64,000 bases of DNA from Eubacteriales bacterium (lineage in GTDB: Bacteria > Bacillota > Clostridia > Oscillospirales > CAG-272). This document shows positions 38,767 to 47,700 of the stretch, in pieces (positions within the stretch are counted from its first letter, which is position 1; each line of letters opens with the position of its first letter). Both the position numbers and the translations under genes were made by a program. Where the stretch lies: positions 18,727-82,726 of the forward strand of contig JAZQKI010000023.1 of the NCBI GenBank assembly GCA_045542075.1, given 5' to 3'. The notes under the pieces were generated by a model, which saw only the letters and a list, made by a program, of their open reading frames with translations, made no database searches and was not told where the DNA came from.

Positions 38767-39828
38767 ATGAATAACCGCACGCGGGAGCTACTGATAGCCC
38801 ATTATCAGTCCTATCCCGAGCTTGAAATATACGACGTGTTCAAATTCATATTCCATAGCGCCATGGGCTGCGAGCATTTGGTGTCAGATTATAATGTCGC
38901 CGTGGATTATATCAAGCGCGAGTATTCCGCTATGCAGTCTCCGTCGTCCACTCTTGTAGACAGACTTGACGGAGAATACAGCCGCGTCCATCTGTCATAT
39001 CTTGACCGAGGGCTGAGCGCGAAAACTCTGGGAAAATTGTTCTGCAAGTCTGCAAAAATCATGGAAAACGGCAAATCAGAAATAGAGGACAAGCTCAAAA
39101 TCGCGCGAGAGCTTACACTTGACGGCAGTCTGCCCTTCTCTATCGACGAGTTTGACAAAGCCGCGACTGCTTGGACAAATAAGTCCTTATGCGCGATACA
39201 TCATTCAGAAAAATTCCGCGGTCACTATAAGCCCGCTTATCGAGTTGTTGCGAATGAATACGTCAAATTCCTGCCCTTATTTTGCGAGATAGATAAGCTG
39301 CTCCAAAAAGGCTCGGCAGTCGTTGCCATTGAGGGCGGCGCCGCTTCGGGCAAGACAACTCTTGCAAAAATGCTTGAGGATATCTACGACTGCACAGTCC
39401 TGCACACCGATGACTTTTTCTTGCACCCCGAGCAGCGCACACCCCAGCGTCTCTCCGAGATAGGCGGCAATATGGACCGAGAGAGATTTCTCTCCGAGGT
39501 GTTGACACCTCTCAGCCAAGGTGAAGAGCTTTCATACCGAAAATTCGACTGCTCAACTCAGCAGCTTATGCCGTCCGAGGTCATCTGCCCCAAAAAGCTG
39601 ACGGTTATCGAGGGCTCATACTCAATGCACCCGTCTCTTGCAAAATTTTACGACCTATCGGTGTTTTTGGAGATCAACCCCGAAAAACAGAGAGAGCGTA
39701 TTCTTACGCGAAACTCTCCACCCTTCGCAACCCGATTTTTTGACGAGTGGATACCCAAGGAAAGAGAATATTTCTCGCGTTTCGGTATAAAAGAGTCTTG
39801 CGATATTTGCCTATGTGACGACGCCTGA
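38767..39828 (+). CDS. Fusion of an unknown N-terminal domain and a uridine-kinase-like P-loop domain
   Basis: AIEGGAASGKTT, H.DDFF, YRKFDC, IEGSYS. Promoter TTGACA-17-TATAAT at 38693-38721. Confidence 0.8.
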   Translation: MNNRTRELLIAHYQSYPELEIYDVFKFIFHSAMGCEHLVSDYNVAVDYIKREYSAMQSPSSTLVDRLDGEYSRVHLSYLDRGLSAKTLGKLFCKSAKIMENGKSEIEDKLKIARELTLDGSLPFSIDEFDKAATAWTNKSLCAIHHSEKFRGHYKPAYRVVANEYVKFLPLFCEIDKLLQKGSAVVAIEGGAASGKTTLAKMLEDIYDCTVLHTDDFFLHPEQRTPQRLSEIGGNMDRERFLSEVLTPLSQGEELSYRKFDCSTQQLMPSEVICPKKLTVIEGSYSMHPSLAKFYDLSVFLEINPEKQRERILTRNSPPFATRFFDEWIPKEREYFSRFGIKESCDICLCDDA

Positions 39829-39908
39829 ATAATCCCTGTTTTTATTGACTTTATTGATTATTTATGTTATAATTCAGTTATCACGCACAGTGAAAGGAGA
39901 TCCCTAAA

Positions 39909-41654
39909 ATGATAAACATTCCAAGAAACCAGCACCCCCGCCCCGACAGACTCCGAGAGGACTGGCTCTGTCTTAACGGCGAGTGGGATTTTGAGATAGA
40001 TAACGACAAGATTGGCGTTGACAAGGAATTTTTCAAGAGAGACAGTCTTGATAGCAAAATCATAGTCCCCTTCTGCCCCGAGAGCAAGCTTTCGGGCGTT
40101 GAGCACACCGACTTTATGTATTCGGTCTGGTACAGGCGTGACATTTCCTTGCCGCAGGAGTGGGCGGGCAAGCGCGTGCTTTTGCACATTGATGCCTGCG
40201 ACTTTGAGACTACCGTTTACGTAAACGGCGCAAAGGTCGGCACTCACAAGGGCGGCTACACGTCCTTTGAATTTGACATAACCGATTATCTTTGCGAAAG
40301 CGGAAACTATATCACAGTCCACGCGCTTGACGATATTCACTCCTGGCATCAGGCGGCAGGCAAGCAGTCTCACGAGAAAGAGTCCTTCAGCTGCTTCTAC
40401 ACAAGAACCACGGGCATCTGGCAGACCGTCTGGCTTGAGGCGGTGGAGAAGGCTCACGTGGTGTCCTACAAGGTATTCCCCAATATATCCGCTCCGTCGG
40501 TTTCGCTTGACGTAAAGACCGAAAACGCACTCGGATCAACCCTTTGTGTTAAGGCTTATTACGAGGGCAGACTCGTAGGTCAGGCGCAAAGTCAAGTCAA
40601 CTCCGCGTCAACAACGCTGAACATATCCTTGTCCGAGAAGCACCTGTGGGAATGCGGTCACGGAAGACTCTATGACCTTGAATTTACACTTGAGAGCAAC
40701 GGAAAAACCGACAAAATGAAAGGTTATTTCGGTCTGCGCGAGGTGTCTCTCTCCAAGGAAAAGGGCATGCAGATAAACGGAAAGACAGTATTTGGCAGAT
40801 ATATTCTCGACCAGGGCTTCTACCCTGACGGCGTTTGCACCGCGCCCTCTGACGAGGCTTTAATATTTGACATTGAGGCGTCAATGGCTTGCGGCTTTAA
40901 CGGTGCGAGACTTCACCAGAAGGTGTTTGAGCCGAGATTTTTGTACCACGCCGACAGGCTGGGATATATGGTCTGGGCAGAGACGGGCAACTGGCATCTC
41001 GATCACACCTATCTTGAGGCAATATATTGGTTCTTACCCGAATGGCTTGAGGAAATGGAAAGAGACTTTTCTCATCCGTCGGTCATAGGCTGGTGCCCCT
41101 TTAACGAAACCTGGGAGATGAACGGCAGACCTCAGTGCAATGAGTTTCTTGACTATATATACGACATAACAAAGGCGCTTGACAGCACCCGTCCCGTAAT
41201 TACGTCAAGCGGTTCGTTCCCGACGGAGAGAAGCGACGTTCATGACGTACACGACTACGAGCAGGACCCCGAAAAATTCAAGGAATATTATTCCGAGATA
41301 GATAAGGGTATCGTGCGCGATCAGATATTCAGACAGTTCCCCGGACTTCAGCGCTACAATCCCAAGCTCCCCGTTTTCGTGAGTGAATACGGCGGAATAA
41401 AGTGGGTAATAGACGGCGACGACTCAGGCTGGGGCTACGGTAACACCGTAAGCTCCGAGGAGGAATACTTTGCTCGTCTCAAGGGGCTTACCGACGTGCT
41501 GCTTGACAACGGCAATATTTTTGCGTTCTGTCTGACACAGCTCACCGACGTTGAGCAGGAGATAAACGGCCTGCTTACCTACGACCGACGCTTCAAGTTC
41601 CCGCCCGAAAGATTTAAGGAGATCTTCGGCAGAAAGTCAGTTATTGAGGACTGA
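39909..41654 (+). CDS. Glycoside hydrolase family 2 (beta-galactosidase/glucuronidase-like)
   Basis: LNGEWDF, VPFCPES.LSG, H.GGY, GIWQTVWLE, LDQGFYPDG, W.PFNE, SEYGG, TQLTDVEQE.NG. Confidence 0.92.
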   Translation: MINIPRNQHPRPDRLREDWLCLNGEWDFEIDNDKIGVDKEFFKRDSLDSKIIVPFCPESKLSGVEHTDFMYSVWYRRDISLPQEWAGKRVLLHIDACDFETTVYVNGAKVGTHKGGYTSFEFDITDYLCESGNYITVHALDDIHSWHQAAGKQSHEKESFSCFYTRTTGIWQTVWLEAVEKAHVVSYKVFPNISAPSVSLDVKTENALGSTLCVKAYYEGRLVGQAQSQVNSASTTLNISLSEKHLWECGHGRLYDLEFTLESNGKTDKMKGYFGLREVSLSKEKGMQINGKTVFGRYILDQGFYPDGVCTAPSDEALIFDIEASMACGFNGARLHQKVFEPRFLYHADRLGYMVWAETGNWHLDHTYLEAIYWFLPEWLEEMERDFSHPSVIGWCPFNETWEMNGRPQCNEFLDYIYDITKALDSTRPVITSSGSFPTERSDVHDVHDYEQDPEKFKEYYSEIDKGIVRDQIFRQFPGLQRYNPKLPVFVSEYGGIKWVIDGDDSGWGYGNTVSSEEEYFARLKGLTDVLLDNGNIFAFCLTQLTDVEQEINGLLTYDRRFKFPPERFKEIFGRKSVIED

Positions 41655-41667
41655 ATTATATACTAAA

Positions 41668-41703
41668 ACAGCAACCCACTCCGATTTCGGAGTGGGGTGC
41701 TGT
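41668..41703. terminator. Hairpin between convergent GH2 and giant protein genes
   Basis: ACAGCA.CCCACTCCGA-TT-TCGGAGTGGG.TGCTGT. Confidence 0.75.
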
Positions 41704-41738
41704 GTTTTTATGTTGCTTTATTTTGTTTTGGTATTGCC

Positions 41739-44700
41739 TTATTCTGTAAAGGTTATAGAGTAATCAAAGCTTCCGTCAGCTCCCACGGGAACAAACGCAA
41801 ATCTTACGTCATACTCGTCAGCCGAATAGCCGAGAGCTGTCGCAAGCTGCTCTACCTCGCTCTTGCTGAACACCTTTGCTCTGAGCGTATCATGCTCTGT
41901 GACGGTAACGTTATCAAGAATGATCTCGTCATTTCCGTCCTCGCCGGGTGTATGGAGGATAAGGCTTACGTAATACATAAACTCGACGTCATTATTTACG
42001 TAATAGCCAACGACGTAATTCTCTCCGTTGCCGTAATCGTCCGAGAAATCCTCGAAAATTATGTCGCCATTCGCGCCGTTCGCGTTCTCAAGACCGCATT
42101 CGCTGCAGCAGTATCCTTCGCCGTCACTATTGCCATACCAATAATGTCCGTGCGCAGAGTAAGTGCCTTGATACAAGGTCATTTCACAGAAGTCACAATA
42201 CTCGTAATACGATCCATTCTGAGTGCAGGTGGGATACTTGGTCGTGTTGATGTGCGAGCCTACGTGATTTTCCTCGGTCTTCGTGCTGCTTTCACCGCTG
42301 CTGTGCTTGTAATTCGTGGTTTTGGTGCAACCGCCCGAGAATTTATACGTGTAATCGTACCTGTACCACGTTCCGTCGGAGTGGTTTATGCTGTACTCAT
42401 ATATCTTAAATCTGTAATCCTTATAATACGTATATGCGTATTCACGTCCGCTGTTTTCTCCGTCGGAGTTTCTGTAGGTCTCGACCATCTTATATCCCTC
42501 AGAGCCGAAGCTTGCCGTATAAGTGCTGCGAGTATAAAGATTTTCGTACCAGGATTCGCTTCCGTCGGCGTTGATATATTTGACGTACTCTCTGGAATTA
42601 TAGCGATTTCCGTTGTAACTTGAATACTCGTATATCTCGTTTCTGTACTTGCGTCTTCCGTCCTCAAGCTTATTGATCGCGATTATCTCACTCTTTGCGG
42701 TATATCCATCAGCGTCGTAATAATCTATGGAGCTGTAGCTGCTGCCACAGTCGGAGCAATAATACTCGGTACCCCAGGCTGTGTCTTCCTCTATATTGGT
42801 GACCGTGTAATTGTGATAAGCTGCGCTTCCCGTCTTATAGGTAATCTCATATGCACACTTACCCGTCTCCTCGTTATAGCCAAACTGCCATGTCACGTAT
42901 CTGTCCGCACGGCATTCTCCCGGAACAGCAAGCCAGTATATAGCAGTTCTTATCTTGTATGCGCACTGCTCGGGGTCAGTCACCGCGCAGGTGTAGACAG
43001 TGGCGGTGTAACCAAAGTAATTTGTGCCCGACGCGGTATATTGGTTTTCATTTATATAACCGTCGATCCACATATCGCACCAATTGGAATCAAACTCACA
43101 AAGCACGTCGTCGTGTATATCGACCGATTTGTTCTCTCCGCAAACACAGCTGTAATGATAAGCATATCCGCCGCATACGCTGCCGTACTTGGACAGATCT
43201 ATGGTTTCAACCAGGAGCGAGGTGTGCCAGCTGTACTGCTGCTCGTAGGAATGTCCGCAGTCGCGACAGGTGTACGTGATTATAACTCCGTCATCGCAGG
43301 ACTTTGCTCCGTCCACAAGCTTGCCAGTCGCCTTATAGTCGTGCGCCTCCCATGATTTATGGCTCTCAATGGGCTCAAGAGCACCGCCGTTTGCCGATAC
43401 GACGTAGGTTGAATACTGTGTTGTCGTACAGGTCTTGGAATCTCTTTCCTCATAGTAGGAGTGCTGAATTCTGAGCCCGCACTTATCACAGGACGCCACA
43501 GAAACGTGAACGAGTCTTCCGTAATCGTCGAAATATTCGTTGTCCGTATATTTGCATGAGCACATACCGTACATATCGTAATATACGTTCTGCTCATATC
43601 CGCAAGGACATGAATACTTCTCAATATATCCGCCGCAGGCTCCGATGTCCTCAAGATTGTGATATTCTACTAAGAAGGTATTGTGCCAGTTCATTTCCTC
43701 GTTGTAGGAATATCCGCAATCACGGCATGTATACGTCACAGTATAGCCGTCCTCACAGGATTTGCCGTGCATATCAAAGTCGTACTTGTAGTTATGCTCC
43801 TTGTCAGTGGAGTAAACGTACTCATAGTCCTCTATAAGCACTGTATCGCCAACCTTTACAGTGTAGCTTCTGTAGCGGATAACGTCGCATCCCTCCTTGA
43901 CGGAATAGCTTTCGCGTATCATCCTGAATTCACACTTATTGCAGGTAAATGTTCTTATTTCATGCTCGATGCCGTTTTCGTCGGTAATATACTCCGTTGT
44001 ATAGGAGTAATCACACTTCATGCTGTCATCAAAGCTCTTGTTCTTGCCGCAGGCACATTCTTCAATACGAACGTATCCGCCGCAAGCGCCATACTCGGAA
44101 AGCTCAAATCTGTACTTTTCATACAGGTAGTGGTCATACTCCTCATATTCCTTTGAATATCCGCAGTCGCGGCATGTATACGTGACGAGATATCCCTCCT
44201 CGCAGGACTTTCCGTACAGCATGAAGGAATAGCTGTAGTTGTGATCTTCCCATTCGCTGTACTTATGCTTATAGTTGGAAATTACGGTCTGATCACCGAC
44301 CTTTATCGTGTAGACGTAATATCTGACCTCGAGGCATCCCTCCTTAACTGTGTAGGAATCGCTGGTCATAACAAGACCGCAGTCCTCACAGGTCATAGTT
44401 CTGATGCTGTGCCAGATTCCGTTTGCGTCCTCAACATCCTCATAGGTCGATGTATAATTGCAATCTATATCGTATTGGAAGGATTGTCTCTGTCCACAAG
44501 GGCAGTTATATATTTCTACGTAGCCGCCGCATGCACCGAAAGCTGAAAGATCATATTTTTCTTTGAGATAAGTCTCATGCCAGCTTCTCTCCTCATCGTA
44601 GGAGTGTCCGCAGTCCTTACATACGGCGTGAACTGTATATCCGTCCTCACAAGACTTGCCGTTCATATCATAGGTGAACGAATAATTATGGCTTTGCTGC

Positions 44701-47700
44701 GAACGGAAGATAACGTTATCCTCGAATATTACTGTCTCTCCGTTTACGGAAACTCTTATATTTCCGTAAAGGTATTCCATACAACCGGTCCTTGTATTGT
44801 AGTTGTCGGTTTCAATCTTTATTCCGCAGATTGAGCATGTGAATGTCTGTACTGTGTGCTCTATTCCGTTGCCGTCGGTATAATAGGTTGTTGTTTGCTC
44901 CTGTTTACAATCCAGGCTTCTCTCAATATAGCCTTCCTTGCCACAGGGACACTTATATATGCGGATACGTCCGCCGCACACGTCGTATTCGGAAAGGTCA
45001 TATTCCTTAATGAGAACTTCCTTGTGGTCATATCCTTCGTAGCTGCTGTTTTCACCGCATTCACGGCAGGTCATGTAAACGGTATAGCCCTCCGAACAGT
45101 CGGTTCCCTTAAGCTCGAATGAATACTCATAATCATGAGACATCCACCAGCTGTTGCGTAATTTGAGTCCGGATATGACCGTCTTGCCGTTCATTGTCGC
45201 ACTGACTATCTCGCAATTATATCTGTAGCAGCCGTCCTTTTCGGTGTAGCGGTCTCTTGTAAGCTCGAATCCACATTCTCTGCATACGCCCTTTTCGACA
45301 GAGTGAGCAATTCCGTTCTCATCTGTGTATCCATAGGAGGAATCACCGTACTCAAAATCACATGCGTATTCGAAGCTCGTATGATTCTGCTCGCCACAAG
45401 GACAAACATACACCTCGATATGTCCGCCGCACGCACCGAAATCAGAGAAATTATAGGATTCCACCATGTACGTTTCATGCCAATATATTTCTCTCTCATA
45501 AGAGTATCCGCATGTCTCACATACCGCACTGACGGTATATCCGTCCTCGCAGGATTCACCGAAAAGCTTAAATGAATACTCATATTTGTGGTTATCTCTG
45601 GTTCCGTTGAATTCCTGGAAGCTATCGACTATAACGCGCTCGCCAATGCTTACTGTCCAGATAACGTATTCCTTATCAACACATCCCTCTGTAACGTAAT
45701 AGAGGTCGCGGATCCTTTCAAGACCGCACTTTTCACAGGTCATGGTCTCCACTCTATGTACTATGCCGTTTTCGTCCGTGTATTCACGCTCGCCGTCATA
45801 GATGTGTCCGTCACAGGTATCTCCATACTCAAATCGAGTTTCCTGTCCGCATGCGCAAGAATACAGCTTGATGTATCCGCCGCATCCGCCGAACTCCGCA
45901 AGATCGTAATTGCCTATGCAGAAGCGTCCGTGTCCGTGGCCTTCGCTCTTGCTCTCGTATCCGCAATCAGCACAAATGCCATAAGCCGTAAATCCATCGT
46001 CACAGGTCTCTCCTTCGAGAGTAAAGGTGTAGTTGTAATTGTGGTTGTCGTAAATTTCGGGAACACACTCAAGATTATTTATTATTACGTTGTCGCCTAC
46101 GGATATATTGTAGATGACGTGTCTGTACTCATAGCAGCCCTCTATTACGGTGTAGCGGTCGCTTTCCACAGCAAGTCCGCATTCCATGCAGAAGCTCTTT
46201 GATACCTCGTGACGGGTTCCGTTCTCATCAATATATGGGATTGAGGGAGACGACGCAAGACCGCCTTCAATATTGAGGCTCACTCCGCTTATCTCGCCAC
46301 AGGGGCAGGTATATACTTCAATATATCCGTCGCATCCGCCATAATCCGAAAGATTATACTTTTTTGTAGTTATTCTCTCGTGATAGTTTTCGGTATAGGA
46401 CTGACTGCTGCCGCAAACTGTACACGTACGCGTGATACGAACGCCGTCCAGACAGCTCTCTCCCTCAAGCTCATACTCATACTCGTACTCGTGGTTGGAG
46501 GATCTGTAGCTATCCATATATTCGAATACTCGCTCGCCGTCCTTTTCAATATAAGCAAGCTCATACTCTATCTCGTAGCAGCCGTCTTTCTCGTACCATT
46601 CCTCGCTCACGAACACAAGTCCGCACTTTGAGCAGACTCCGCGTTCGCCCTCGTGAATGTTTCCGTTCTCGTCAGTTTCCTCAAAGTCCTCGTATTCAAT
46701 AGAGCACTCCATATCAAGGTCGTTGATATAGGTGAACTTTCCGCAGTCCTCACACTTGCTACCGTAAATAACTATGTCACCGCAATCTGTGCTTGCGACA
46801 GTATGTGTACCGTAGGTATCGTTGTGATATTCCTCTTTCTCTATCCATATTACGTTATCAAGGAACACCTCACCGTTTACGCTCATTACAAATTCATACG
46901 TAGCGGTCAGCATGCAATCCGCAATAACCGCCTCGGCGTATATATCCTCCGTAAATCCGCAAACGGTACAGTACGCGGATGCCGACATATACATATTGCC
47001 GTCCTCGGTGACACCCTCATCGCCCTCTCCGAACTCAAGCTTACAGCTGCCTGCCGATTCCGCGTTATCTACGTCAAGATACTTATACTCGCCGCAGGCA
47101 CAGGTGTTAAGTGTAATCGTTCCGCCGCACGCGCCGTACTCCGAAATGTCGACTGTTATCGTCGCGTCGGTCTTGGAATGGTCGCAGTCGCCCGAAAAAT
47201 GTCCGCAGCCTGTGCATACGCCGTTCTCATATGTATGCGCCGTGGTGGGAATCACCTGTGTCTTTACGTAATTACATACAGAACACGTAGCTCTGCTCTC
47301 ACCCGTCTCAGAACAGGTTGCAGCCTTTATGATCTCTGCCGTTCCAAGGGTGTGAGCCTGAGTCTCGACCTTTTCCTGACATACCGTACAGATATGCCAG
47401 TGAGAAGTCTCATTCGACTCCCAGCCTGCCGAGCAGGTATGGTCTGCCTTAGGTATTACCTGCGTGAGTGTATCATTATAAACAGCTCCGCTATATACTG
47501 CCTGCGCGGTATAGGTCATAAGTCCTGTTTCCATGCAGGTCGCGTCCTTCTTCACAGAAGTCACGCTTGCTTCTATTTCAACTGTATGGGCCGAATCATG
47601 CTTACATACAAAGACAACCTTCGCGCTCTTATAGTCATCGCTCCATACCCATTCGGACGTATATTTATGTCCGTGCGCGGGTACCATGCGGTCGTTATAC

